Shown piece after piece: positions 12,343-25,102 of a stretch of 64,000 bases of DNA. This stretch comes from Callorhinchus milii (Eukaryota). The position numbers and the translations under genes were made by a program. Under the pieces are notes generated by a model, which was given only the letters and a program-made list of their open reading frames with translations, had not been told where the DNA came from and ran no database searches. The first letter of the stretch is position 1. Each line of letters opens with the position of its first letter. The stretch spans positions 78,680,001-78,744,000 of the forward strand of contig NW_024704742.1 of assembly GCF_018977255.1 (NCBI RefSeq). The letters are read 5' to 3'.

Positions 12343-12407
12343 GAGAAACTCCCTTCTCTTTGCAAATAGTGCCATGGGATCTTTAACGTCAATCTGAAGA
12401 AGACAAT

Positions 12408-12755
12408 ATAGATCATGACAGGCTGTTTCAACTTGTCCAGAAAATTAGAACCAGAGGACACGGCCTACGATTGAAGGGGGGTAAATTCAGAACGAATCTA
12501 CGCAAACACTATTTTAGTGAGTGAATAGTGAACTTGTGGAACAGGCTCCCTCGGGAGATGGTTGAAGCAGGAAGTGTTGATTCTTTCAAACACAGATTAA
12601 ATAGTTTTCTTTTGGGAAATAACATTATGGGATATAGTACATAGGTAGTTTGGGACATATGTGCATGAGACTGCCAGGAAGGTGGAAGGGGAACTAGATG
12701 GACCTTGGTCTTTTTTCGTCTAGCATTTCTTATGTTCTTAGATTCTTATTATCTT
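12408..12755 (+). mobile_element. CR1 3' fragment nested in a minus-strand DeuSINE
   Basis: accagaggacacggcctacgattgaag...tggaacaggctccc, tail tagcatttcttatgttcttag; the host SINE resumes after aagaag, which is present on both sides. Confidence 0.75.
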
Positions 12756-13864
12756 AAGAAGCAGACGGGAGTTTAATGTCTCATCTGATGGACAGCACTT
12801 CCTGCAATACAACACTCTCCAGCACTCTATTGAAGATCCTTTGAATGAAACGTTAAACTCGAGCCCTGGTCTGCCGGTTCATGTCGGACATAAAAGATCC
12901 ATGGTACTATTTAAAAAGAGAAAAGAGTTTCTGCCAACAAATCCCAAATAAAAATTGATCAATCACTTCATGGCTCTTTGTGGGACATTTCTGTGTGCAA
13001 ATTGGCTCATTTGTTTGCCTACAAAATACTGTAACTGCACTATCTATTAACTATGTTGTAAATTATTTTATTTGTCTCTTGTTAATCCTGGCTTTGTGGG
13101 ATATGATTTATAATGCTTCTTAACAGGGTCCCTTAAGATCTCACTAGAAAAGCCTCTGATTACATGATTTCATCAACCGACACGAGAACTTAGCTCCGGG
13201 AATAATTGTATCAGAACAAAATTCTTATGTGTTTGCGTGGCATACTTCCTATTAATGAAAGGAGTCCCCTTTGTGGAACTTGGTCACTTTCCTGTTAAGA
13301 GATACTGTAAATTAGACTCCTTTATATTTTTAGTACAATGTTTTCCTTGCTTTTTCTCTCTGGTTTATTCTAATGGCAATGTTTAGTGCAGCATTTTGTT
13401 TCTCACTCTTTCATTTTCTCAGTTCACTCCTGCGTGCTTTGACCCCCAGGGCTCGCATGCGATGCTTCACCCCCACCTGTCACAGTTGTTTGCATGATTT
13501 TTTCCAGACCGGTCAAGTTTAACTTATTTCCACTGACACTTGCACTGCTCCTGTGAATTCTTACTTCAGTGTTACCATTAGTTTCCCCCTTAGCAGCTCT
13601 GCATTTGTGCATCCATCCTCGCAGCTCAAAACCATTGATTTTCCTTGCATCAGTTTCTCCCATTTATTTCCCTAGAGCTTCACTCACCACCCCACCTCTG
13701 GCCCCAATTTATCTTTCCTTGTTTAATTCTGTGTCAGTTCCTGCTTAACCCCTGGTCTGCCCCTCCAAGTCCTATTGATGAGCCAGGCTGTCAGGCTGTC
13801 ATCAGCAGTGTCTTGGAGCACTGTTAAAAGTGTCACCTTAGTGTATAAATGATGACCCAGTCAA

Positions 13865-14246
13865 TTATAATAATAATATAATAACAATATAATAATATAA
13901 TAATAATCCTTGCATTTGATATAACGTCTTATCATGTTGTCGAGATGTCTCAAAGGGTTTCACAGAATATACTGTAAAGTGGATTGACTGTGTACTTTGT
14001 GGACGAAACGTGGCAGCCAATTGCGCACAGCAGTTGTGGATTCAGTGACCAAATTATTTAGTTACTTATTTACTTTTTGATGGGTTTATTATCCCCGGAA
14101 TGCGATCTGCCAATCTACTAAAAATATTTCTTTATTTCTTTATTTATAAACAGAGTCGTGTGGAGTAAGGAAGCTTGCCTAGGATTTCGCTCTGCCTGGT
14201 AATCGAACCCTGGCCCTCTTGTTTGTGAGGCAAGTGTTCTAACCAA
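13865..14246 (-). mobile_element. tRNA-Ala-derived SINE, decayed long subfamily
   Basis: (TAA)n then atccttgcatttgatat through gtggagtaaggaagcttgcc to gtgttctaacca. Confidence 0.85.
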
Positions 14247-14594
14247 AACGCTAATTCACTCTTATTGCATCTGAATTGATTTCTTCCCCTCGTCCAACGC
14301 CTGAACCCACCTGCACACAGATACTTTACTATCAGTACTCTGAGGTTTCAATCTCCTGTCTCTGGCTCCTTTGACTTCACTGAGTGTCATATATCCATTG
14401 ACCTGTTTCTTCTCTGACATTTACCTAATACAACAGTTTCAGGGTAGCTTCCAGGCACATGAGACCTTGATCTCCCAGAACAACATGACTCCAAATAATA
14501 AACATAGTGATGAACCACTTATACAACTGGACTTGCTTGTAATTTAAAGCTTTTCTTTATTATTTAAATGTTTAAATATTTTTCTTTTTAAAAA

Positions 14595-14918
14595 AATCCT
14601 TACATTTGGAAGAGCAGCTTTTATATCATGAGGACATCCCAAAGTACTTCACAGGATATACTGAAAGTGTAGTAACTGTGCGTTTCGTGGGCAAACACGT
14701 CAACCAAGTTGCCCATAGCTATGTCCGACAAACAACTATGAAGTGACTTGGGTAAACATCTCATCCAAAGGATGGCATCTCCAACAACGCAGCAGATGCT
14801 CAGGACTATATTAGAGTATCAACCTAGACTATATGAGTTTCAAGTCCCAATGTGGGGCTTGAACTTACAACGTCTGACTCAGAAATGATAGTGTTACTAA
14901 CTGAGCCAAGCTGACACA
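14595..14918 (-). mobile_element. DeuSINE-like element, internally deleted
   Basis: Reverse-strand head (gtggggcttgaacttacaacgtctgactcag...aactgagccaagctgacac) and tail (atccttacatttgga). Confidence 0.7.
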
Positions 14919-15638
14919 TGATGTCCTCTCCATAGAGGGACAGGGTGTGCAAATAAAGTTTAACTAAATGGCAGTGGACTTTAATACAAGGGTAACCACA
15001 TTGAATTTAAACAAACTTTAACCTTAGATGACTTCACATTATTTTGGACACAATGAATATTTGTGTAATTATAACATTACAGTATTTGAGTGCAAATGTA
15101 GAATTAAATATTTTTAATGTCCTGTGTTTCGTTCTGTATCATCTTGAATGGCATTATTTTCTGCATGGTTTTAAATGTTATTCAAGTAACATGTCAGCAC
15201 ACATTACCTCCTATGCCTGTAACACTTTCAGGAACACATCAGTCACTGCGTTGAACAGCTGAAAGTTCAAAGTGAAATACAGCGATGTGTTATTTTAAAG
15301 TGTAAATTCTAACATTGCCAAAGAAAGTGGAATGGGCTTGAAATTCACGCCATTGATATTTTTATGAATTTAGGTGTGATTATTTTCCATTTCCTACAAT
15401 ACTTTAGACTTACAACCCCTGGAAAAACCCCCACAAGGTATGATTTTCCCAGACCTATTTTCAGGCTGCGTTATCTTCACTGACATTGGGCTGTTACCAT
15501 CACCTTCAGCTATGGCAGGCTTGTCTGAGTGTTATTACTTTTGATTAACCTTGTCTACGATTTGCCCTTTGATTTTGTTCCTATTTGTGGAATGAACAGA
15601 GAAAATACTGGGGATCAGCGAGGTACAATATTTATCCG

Positions 15639-15836
15639 AAGTCACTGGTAACGCGCAGCAGGTCAGGCAGCATCTATGGAGAGAGGAAAGTGAGTTAATG
15701 TTTCAGGTCAGTGACTTTTCATCAGAGCACCTGAAACATCATTGACTTGAGATGTTAACTCACTTTCTTTCGTGTTCCCAGTGACTCCTGTTTCTTTTTC
15801 AGATTTCTAGCATCTGCAGGATTTTGCCTTTTTCTT
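15639..15836. mobile_element. Penelope-like terminal palindromic insertion with a degenerate hammerhead core
   Basis: Exact 15-bp TSD tacaatatttatccg at 15624-15638 and 15837-15851; internal inverted arms; minus strand CTGATGA-AAAGTCACTGACCT-GAAAC at 15725-15700. Confidence 0.75.
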
Positions 15837-18817
15837 TACAATATTTATCCGGGTGTTCACAGGGAGCGGGAATACAGTATCACTCTGTATTTGTGTCTGC
15901 AAATTGGTTATTGCTTTTGCCTACAAATACAAAGTCATTACACTTCACAATAAATCATGTGAAGCTCTTGGAGATGGTTTGCTGACACGATAAGACACTA
16001 TATTAAATGCAAGGATTATTATATGTTATGACAGTTTAAATCACTCTGTAGAAGTAGTTTCTAAGTGTTTTTTTGTGATGGGTCAGCCAGACCAATATCA
16101 TTGCCATGTTACCTATGAATGTCTGATACTTTTCTTAGTATGTTTGAACTACCTAAGATAACAGGAGGTTGATATTTTATTCACCAGGTATTATTTTGCT
16201 AAGCCATTTCTTAACAGTCTAATTAACAATCCCAGTTGCACGAATGCTTATAGGAACTATGTCTTTTTTATACTGCCATATACGTCCATATTCAATTTGT
16301 AGATCAATATATTTTCTGACCTCTAGTCCCTTACTTCTTATGTTGTAATCGTTTGAGATAACCACATCAATAATACTACATGTACAATCAATTTGGTTCT
16401 TTATGATAATATCTGGATTGTTACAGATTGCTGTTCTATCTGTATGTATTTGTGAGCTCTAGATTATTGTGATTTTATTTTTCAATGTTGGTTGATGTTC
16501 ATAACAGTTGGTCTTTCCATCAATATCAAAGTGTTATGTCTGATCGGGTACTCTGATTGCACTGGACATGATAACAATATGTGGTTTACTGTTTCTGGTG
16601 CTTGATGGCATATTTAGCATTTTGGATCTTGTTTTGTTTTACTTCAAATTCTTATTTTCATAATAATGAATAGTAACAGATTAATCTTGTGCTGATGCTA
16701 TGAGAGATTCTGCTTTGGCTCTCAAATCCCATTAGTCAACCAGTTGTAACTTCAGTTCAGATCTAGGCCTTGTTCTTTCATTTCTCTTGGAAACTGACCA
16801 TGCACAACTTTATTATTATTATTATAAATATTATTATTATTATTTAAGTCCCATTGTATTGCCACTTGGTTGGTGCTCCACTAAATGAAAGTCAGAACAA
16901 AACTTCTATTTTCTCATTGCATTTACCATCTGAGACGCTACCCACAAAAGGGGCACTATATAAATGCAAGGTATTGTTGTTACCTGAACATGATTTCTGT
17001 TTGCTATTCTTGTGCCCTTGATGTGACATCCCTTTTGTTTAACATATGAACATGTGGTTTACCTCCAGGGTATTGAAAGAGGGAAAGAGATATGGAAATC
17101 TTTCAAAAATCTTGTCAAAGGCCTGGGGGGTGACAAATATTATTGCACTGCTGCTTAGTAAACGGGAAAGGGATAAGACGGTGAATGACTGACTTCTCAG
17201 TCTTACCCCAGTTGTGGGTAAGCTTCTAAAGACCATAGGGTGGATAGAATTTGTAAACACTTAGAAAGGCAGGGCATGTCAAAGAGTTAGTATGGAGATA
17301 TGATGAAGGTCATAATACTATTTTTTTAAAAAGAATTCAGAGTATAGTTAAAAGAAAATTTAGCTAGAAATGTAATTAATAATAACCCTTATATTAGATA
17401 TACCGCCTTTTGTGTCAGGGTGACATCTCCAAGCTGTAAAATACTGTAAAATTCAATCATATACTGTAAAATTTAGTGACTATTTTGTGGGTAAAGGAAC
17501 AGCCAATTTGTGCACAGCAATGAACAGCCAAGAAGTGAATTGACCAATTTTACTAACTTACTGCTTTACTAACAAACTATAGAGGACAGCCCATTTTGTT
17601 TATCCTTTTTTTTATTTCAGGCAATTATCAGGCAATGATATTTGTTCCCTATTTTTCCAACCTCAGAGAAAATAACATTAAAATGCATATATCAAATCTA
17701 GGCTATACCCAGTGTGTCCAGCAGAAGGAGCATGGGAACAGAGGGACGAATGCTCCAATAGTTTCCTGCTGCTCTTTGTAGAGGCAGCTACATTTCAGCC
17801 CCTGTTACCCCCAATGAGGTGTTTTGAAGGGGCAGAACCTTTTGCTACCACTCACTGTGTAACACTGTGAGACACCTCAGTTGCTCCTTCCCCGTTGACT
17901 TGAACTGTTACCGCAGATTGCTGGCAAGAGTATTGATCAACCACAAACCATGCTGTGAATTGATTCAACTTTTGGAATTGAGTTACAGATATTTAACGTG
18001 CAACAGACAGATGGGCACTGAATAACATTTTCACCGATGACTAAAACACAATGGGCCTAACCTCAGTAGAGGGAAGGTGAACATAGAGTTTGGGTTTAAT
18101 TGTAGTATACAATGTAATAAGGGGCTTTATTACAATGCAGGTTCACTTGTAGCTAATAGTTGGGCTGTGGACTCCTACATTTACTTACCCCCAAAAATCC
18201 AAACCGTGGCCATCTACTCCATCATGCTAGATCAGCCATCTTTCTGCACACATTTCATGGTTGTGATAAGGTGACAGAGTGCTCTACCAAATACAAAGAT
18301 TAGTGTTATCATTATTATGTGCAGTGAATGTGGAAGTGCTGGTAATCTCACCCTTTATAGGACTGGCTACTGCGTTACAATGGGGCTTCACTATACTTCA
18401 CATAGTGTAGAAAACTTGATCGTACCAAGCCTCCATTCAGTGCAAATCCACAGGACCCCAGCACTACCAGGGAGGCAGTGCTATAAAAGGATGCATTATA
18501 ATGGGTTCTATCCTGGTTTTAATTCCTTCCATTTAATTAACTATCTAATATCCGGTTGTTAGTTGATTTGCAGATCATTTTCTGGGGATAATAATCCCTT
18601 AAAAAAAATAATTATTATTTGGTTGCTAAATCCTTGACAGTTTGTTGGAAACTGCTGTGCACAATTGGCTGCTGCGTTTCACCGGCAAAAATATGCAGTC
18701 AATTCATTTTACAATTGAGACGTCTTGAAGACATGATAAGGTGCTGCATCAAGTGCAAGGATTATTATACTAGCAATGACTATACCACTAATACCATACT
18801 GTATGCTATACAAGCAA

Positions 18818-19236
18818 GTGTTAGTCTTATTCAGTTGGCACTACTCTGACTGAGTCAGAAGGTTGTGGGTTCAAGCCTTGTGTTGGGACTTTGAGCTCAT
18901 AGTCTATGTTGACACCCCACTGCAGTCTTGGGAGTATGCTACATTATTGGAGGTGCCGTCCCTTAGGTGAGACATTAAACTGAGGCTCTATCTGCCTGTT
19001 CAGGTGGACATTAAAGTTCATGTGGCATTCTTTGAAAAGAGAAGGGAGTTTCTCTTGGTATCCTGACCAATAAACCCCAAATAAAATTGGTCATTCGCTT
19101 TGTGGCTCTTTTGTGGTCATCATTATGGGCAAATTCATCTGCAAAATGCATAGACACTACACTTTACAGTAATTCCCATCAAGCACTTTGACAACATGGT
19201 AAGGCAGTGAATCAAATGTAAGGATTAGTATTATTA
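18818..19236 (+). mobile_element. Near full-length DeuSINE/SacSINE-like element
   Basis: tcagttggcactactctgactgagtcagaaggttgtgggttcaagcc head, ggaggtgccgtccc..tgagacattaaac body, caaatgtaaggattagtattatta tail. Confidence 0.8.
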
Positions 19237-21304
19237 CAAGAATCACTTCTCCTGATCACTATAACAGGACAAATGAGGTGGATTTTTGCAGGTAAAGATG
19301 GTAAGTCGTGTATTGTGCAGCATATGACATACAAATGGCAGGCGGAAAGCCACCTTTAAAGCTAGTCAACACCTTGATTTATGAGATACCGAGTTACACA
19401 GCTCATCTACAGACAGGCTTCATAGTAACTCAGCTGTCAGTTGAAATAAAGCTGTCAGTGGGAAAGGAAGTGCATGGCTTGTAGTGACTGCTGAAGGTCA
19501 GGCCTCCAGGATAATGGCTCTGCTTTAGTTTTCAGCCTCGGGACATTCTCCTACATGATGTTACAACATTGTAACGTTTTGCAGTCTGACTGACGAGCGT
19601 GGCACTGTGAGAGATTAATTTCTCTGGCTGAGAGAACAACAGGGCACTGTGCACTATGCTTCTCCAAGTGTCTGGCCAACAATCCTCCTGAATAATTGAT
19701 CATTCAACTCGCGACTCTTTGTAAACCCTTACCATGTTTGTCTACTAAATAACAGTCACTAACATAGTGTTGAATATAATTAAAAATAATCTTTACATTT
19801 GATATAGTATATTTATAATAATAATCCTTGCAATTGATATAGCGTCTTATCATGTCATTGAGTCTCAAAGTGCTTCACAGAATACACTGCAAAGTAGATT
19901 TTGTAAAGCATATTGAGAGTTTTGAATGTGATAAGGACTATAAAACTGCAGGCTTTTTACAAGTGAGTAAAATTTATACATATAGCATGTGAAAGAATAA
20001 ATCTGTACAGCTTGTGTGAAGGGAGATTGTATTTCTCAGTCGGTCAAAAGTACAGCCTCATTTTCCATATACTTGGCTTTCTGACAGCAATGCACAAAAT
20101 GCTTTTATCTCCACAACATGTAAAAGTTTCTTGCAAAGTCTCTTCAAAGCCAGTCTTCAAAGACAACTAACACCAATCCACCTAGGAGAGTATCTGCATG
20201 GAAGTGACCTTAGAATACCTCTATGGAAGCACACAAGACCACTCTGAGAATTCAAATTCTATAGGGAATTAATTAATTTTTTACGTTCACCTTCAAGATG
20301 ATTATTACGAGCCATGTAATAAAGTAGTACATGGTTCTGTGACCTGAAATTTCTTGTGTTCTTAGTCTTACAACCAATGTTGTAACCATTTTGTGCATTT
20401 TGCCCACAAAAACATACAGTCAATTCACTTTGCAGTATATCCTGTGAAACGCTTTGAGATGTATCAAAGACGTGATAAGGCTATATCAAATGCAAGGATT
20501 ATTATTATTGTCTTGAATCTTAAGGTGGTGCAAAACATTATGAAAATTAATTGATTTTAAAAAATCCTGTGGAAAACTGATTTTAAAATTAAGACTGAAT
20601 TTAAGAATGCTACCATATTTTGTAAATCTTGACCTCTAAACCTTAGTTCTTGCTAACTTGAGCCTTAATCTATCCTTTGGATGAGACGTTAAACCAAGGT
20701 CTTGTCTACCTGATCAGGTGGATGTTATAGAATCAATAGCACTGTTCAAAAACGGAAGAAAGTTTCTCCCAGTGACCTGGCCAAAAATTCCCCAATTAAA
20801 ATTGGTCACATGAAAGGCGCTACATAAATATAAAGTGTGTTGTATATTGTTATTGATTATGGTATTTGTGTGGTGTGGGCTAGGATGGGGAAAGGGGAGA
20901 AATATATAAATATCTCACCAAGAAAAAATAATAGCAAACATCTACATACAGCAGAACACTAGTTATCTTACTTATCTTAGCAATTGGGCAAATTGTTACG
21001 ATAAGTAAGTTTCTCCCAAAAAACATATTGTCAATTCACTTTACAGTACATTCTGTGAAGTGCTTTGAGGCATCAAAAATGCAAGGATTATTATTATTAT
21101 CATCTGCACACTAGCTATTTGTGTGCCTGCTTAAATGAAGTTACATTGGAAACAACGTTGGCAAAAAAAGTTCCACATCATGTAAATCATATAACACATA
21201 CGAATGAGATTATGTGGAACATGATTTAACCACACAATGAGAAGAAATGTTCATTCAGCAAATTATTCTAGGTACAGTGAAGGGTTTGAGTGTGAGAAAG
21301 GTTG

Positions 21305-21492
21305 AAAGAGAAAGAAAAAATGCCAGAGAAAGGCAGAGAGAGATAGAGGGAAAACAATCAGGGAAAGCAGAAAGAGAGAGAGAGCGAGAGAGAAAAAAAT
21401 AAAGAATGGCAGGGAGAGAGAGAGAAACAGAAAAAGACAGCGAAGGCAGGGAGAGAGAGGGAGAGAAAAAGATAGCGAAAGGCAGAGAGAGT
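21305..21492. repeat. GA-rich degenerate purine tract
   Basis: About 190 bp almost entirely purine on the + strand. Confidence 0.85.
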
Positions 21493-22404
21493 CGAGGGTT
21501 GACATTGTGTAGTACAACAGTATAGTGACTGTATCCTAATAGAGGACATTTTGGTTTAGTACCGTAGTTAGGTTTACATCATGTGTGATGACTCCAATAT
21601 TGTCATGCTGCACTGCGTGTGTGTGGATTTCAGGCTCTGCTGTATACAGTCCAGCAATTTAGACATCTCAGAAGTTATTCTGCAAACGTGAAAAGGCAAG
21701 GGCATAGCTCTGAGGCTAGACGTAAAACAATTAGCGCTGAATAGTCTGAACAGAGAGGATCTGCTTATCAACAGCCCACACCTGGAAGTTTAGCTTTGAC
21801 AAGGCTACCCTAGAGGGATCAGAATCTGCAATGCCATGGAGAGGTTGTCACGGCATATGTTGCCTTTCATGTTTATAAACAATCTGATGAAAGCAGATGA
21901 GCAAATAGTCCTAAAACTGTAAATTGTAACCGATAGCCAATTAACAGGAGCATGTTTAACATAGATATTTCCTTCCTATGAGACAATTTCTTAGACTGTA
22001 CTTGATGTGATTTCCATTTCCATGGCCTCACTCATACTGTTCAATGAGGAATCATCATGTATGAATATAATAATTTATTTTTTGTCATTCACAAGATTGT
22101 CCTTGAATTCGATACAACTCCTTATCACATTGAAAAACACTTCACAGGGGCTTCCGTAATGTGTAGTAACTGTGAAGTTGTAGACAAATGTGACAGCCAA
22201 TTTGCACGCAGCAATGTGCCACAAACGGACTTTAAAAAATAACTTGTTCTCCAGGAGGAATTCACTTTTTGAATGCTGTGCTGTGGGATCTTTAACAGCC
22301 AACAGATTGGCAGATGATATTGGATCATGGTCCAAATCTGCTATTCCAATTCTCATCACAATTCTAGGTCCATTAATGTTCTGTCTTAATTAATTAATGT
22401 CCAC

Positions 22405-22993
22405 AAGCTGCAAGTCATTCAGAACTCTGCAGCTCGTGTACTGTCCCGCACCAGGCTTCGGGACCACATCACTCCCACCCTCGCTCGCTCCCCATCCCCC
22501 AGAGGATTGATTTCAAGATCCTCATCCTCACCTACAAGGCCATTCACGGCCTTGCTCCCTCCTACCTCTCCAACCTACTATCCCCCTACCTACCCGCCCG
22601 TACCCTCCGTTCCTCCGGCTCCGGTCTGCTCCACATCCCCCGCCCCAATCGCCCTACCATCGGTGGTCGGGCTTTCAGCCTCTCAGCCCCGAGGCTCTGG
22701 AACTCTATCCCCAGTGCCTTCGCCTTGCTTCCTCCCTCTCCTCCTTCAAGGCCGGTCTCAAAACCTTTCTCTTTGACCGAGCCTTCAGCTCCCCTCTCGA
22801 CTCTCTTCCCCCTCCTCGCTCCCTCCCTTCCCTCCCTCACCCTGACCATTTCCCCCCTCCTCGCTCCCTCCCTTCCCTCCCCTCACCCTGACCATTTCCC
22901 CCCTGCTCGGGTCATGACCCAACTGTGCAGCGCCTTGGGACGTCCTCCTGACGTGAAAGGCGCTTTATAAATGGAATCTTGTTGTTGTTGTTG
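22405..22993 (+). mobile_element. L2 3' end (end of ORF2, 3' UTR, (TTG)n tail)
   Basis: caagctgcaagtcattcagaactctgcagctcg (KLQVIQNSAAR), a ~46-bp tandem duplication at ~22809-22900, terminal agcgccttgggacgtcctcctgacgtgaaaggcgct followed by ttgttgttgttg. Confidence 0.9.
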
Positions 22994-23480
22994 TCTGATA
23001 TACATCAAGGCGAGGATGAGCATCAACTTACTGCAGCTTAACCTGGACAAGATGAAAGCCAAACTCCTCAACTCCCACGAATGCCTCCTCAACTCTGGCT
23101 CTGATGTCTGGGGAGAGAGTGCACATTCTATTCTCAGACACAGTGAAGCTTCCACATATGGAAATCTCACGTCTGGTTTGGATATTAAGACTGGGCCTGT
23201 AGTCATCCCTTTCTCCTTGGCTCAGCGTCAAATTCCGTCACTGTAAAGCACTCTAACACTGTGTGAATGGAGCTACAAAAATGCAAACTGTTTTTATTGT
23301 TATAATGACTTGGAGGTGAAAGGGATTTGGTGTGGGATAAAATGTGAGTCTAGTAGAGTTCAGGCAAATGAACCAATATCCCTGTCATTGGTATTTCCAA
23401 TATGAGAACAGAGAGCCCAGCAGCGTGAGGAGGGAACTGAGTGAGGTGGAACAAAGTGAGAATTCTGTTAAGGAATTTAG

Positions 23481-23651
23481 AATCATAGAATCGTACAGCA
23501 CAAAAAGAGGCCATTCGGCCCATCGAGTTTGTGCACTCTTTGAATAGAGCAATTAATGTCAATACCACTCCCCAGCCCTTTCCCCATAACCCTGAAAACC
23601 CGTCCTCCTCAAATACCTGTCCACCGCGTTTTTAAAAGTTGTTATCAAATC
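23481..23651 (-). mobile_element. CR1 tail inserted in a CR1 5' region
   Basis: agaatcatagaatcgtacagcacaaaaagaggccattcggccc; flanked by aatttag on both sides. Confidence 0.75.
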
Positions 23652-24061
23652 AATTTAGTGAGAGTGGGAATTCTTTAGCAAGAGAGATGCCAGAGAGCAA
23701 GAGAGATACCAGAGAGCAAGAGAGAATTGTTTCATTCAGCGGAAGAGTGGGAAGTCTTTCTTGAGGTAGAGGCAACCTTATATGTAAGCAGGCAAACAAG
23801 TCAATTAGCAGTTAATCTTAGGCCAGGTTTGGGAATTAATGCATTTGCTGACCAGTCAAAACTGAGTGCTTTTGTTTGAGTCCTACATGAAGGAAAAGAC
23901 TTGCGAGAGCCTCACTTGAGCAGAGAGCCTAGCGTACCAGGAGGCAACTGAGTGAGGTGGAACAGAGTGAGAATTCTGTTAAGGAATTTGGTGCAGAGGA
24001 GGAAAGAGGTGCATAATTATAATATATAATAGTTATATTAAAATAAAACATATCTGGAAAT

Positions 24062-24971
24062 ATGGCAGGGCAGCTGAGACCGGTTGCATGCACAATGTGT
24101 GCCATGTGGGACCTCCAGGATGCTTTGTGTGCCCTGAACAAACATGTGTTGGAAGTGCCTCCGGCTGCTTGAGCTTGAGCTCAGGGTTTCTGAGCTCGAG
24201 GAGAGGCTGTTATCACGACATAACATACGGGAGGCTGAAGAGATCATGGATCAAACATTTTGGGAGGTAGTCACCCTACAGCCACAGAGGATTCAGAAGG
24301 AATGTGAGTGGGTGACGACCCAGCATGGTAGGAAGAAGGGATGGGCAGTGCAGAAATCCCCTGAGAGTGTAGCACTCACAAACTGGTGCCAGTGAAGGTG
24401 ATGATACCTCTGGGAGGGGAGTCAAAAGCAAATGGATGCACAGGGGACACAAGGAAGAGTGTTAATGCAATTGTCATTGGAACACAATGGTGAAAGGAGT
24501 AGACAGGCGTTTCTGCAACCAAAGATGTGACTCACATATAGTATGATGCCTCCCTGGTACCAGGGTTGAAGACATCATGGAGTGGGTGCAAAAATTCTAC
24601 AGGGGGAAGGGAAACGTCTAGAAGTCGTGGTCAATGTTGGGATCCATGACATAGGAAAAAAAAGGGCTGAGATACTATAGGGAGAGTATCAGAAGCTAGA
24701 GAAAAAGTTAAAGGGTAGGACCTCAAAGGTGGTGATCTCTGGATTACTCCCAGTGCCTCGTGCAAGTGAGTATCAAAATAATAGGATCAAACACATGAAT
24801 GCATGGCTGGAGAAATGGTGCATAAAGGAGGGCTTCAGGTTCTTGGATTATTGGGAGCAATTCTGGAGCAGGTGGGATCTGTACAAGGTGGATGGGTTAC
24901 ATCTGAACAGGACTGGGACCAATGCCCTCGCAGGGTGCTTAACTGGTGCTGTGGGGAAGGGATTAAACTAA
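24062..24971 (+). pseudogene. Decayed CR1 ORF1 (Zn-finger/coiled-coil plus SGNH esterase)
   Basis: MAGQLRPVACTMCAMW; CWKCLRLLELELRVSELEERL; VVISGLLPVPRAS...N.WLEKWC..EGFRFLDYW...DLYKVDGLHLNRTG; frameshifts and stops present. Confidence 0.85.
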
Positions 24972-25102
24972 TTCCAAGGGGGTAAAGGAATCAGGATGCA
25001 GCATTAGAGAGGACAAACAAGTTACATAGAGGGCTGGAAGAGACAAATAGCAATATAATAAGGAGTAGTCCAGAAAAACGAGGGATTAGATGTGGAAGAA
25101 AC

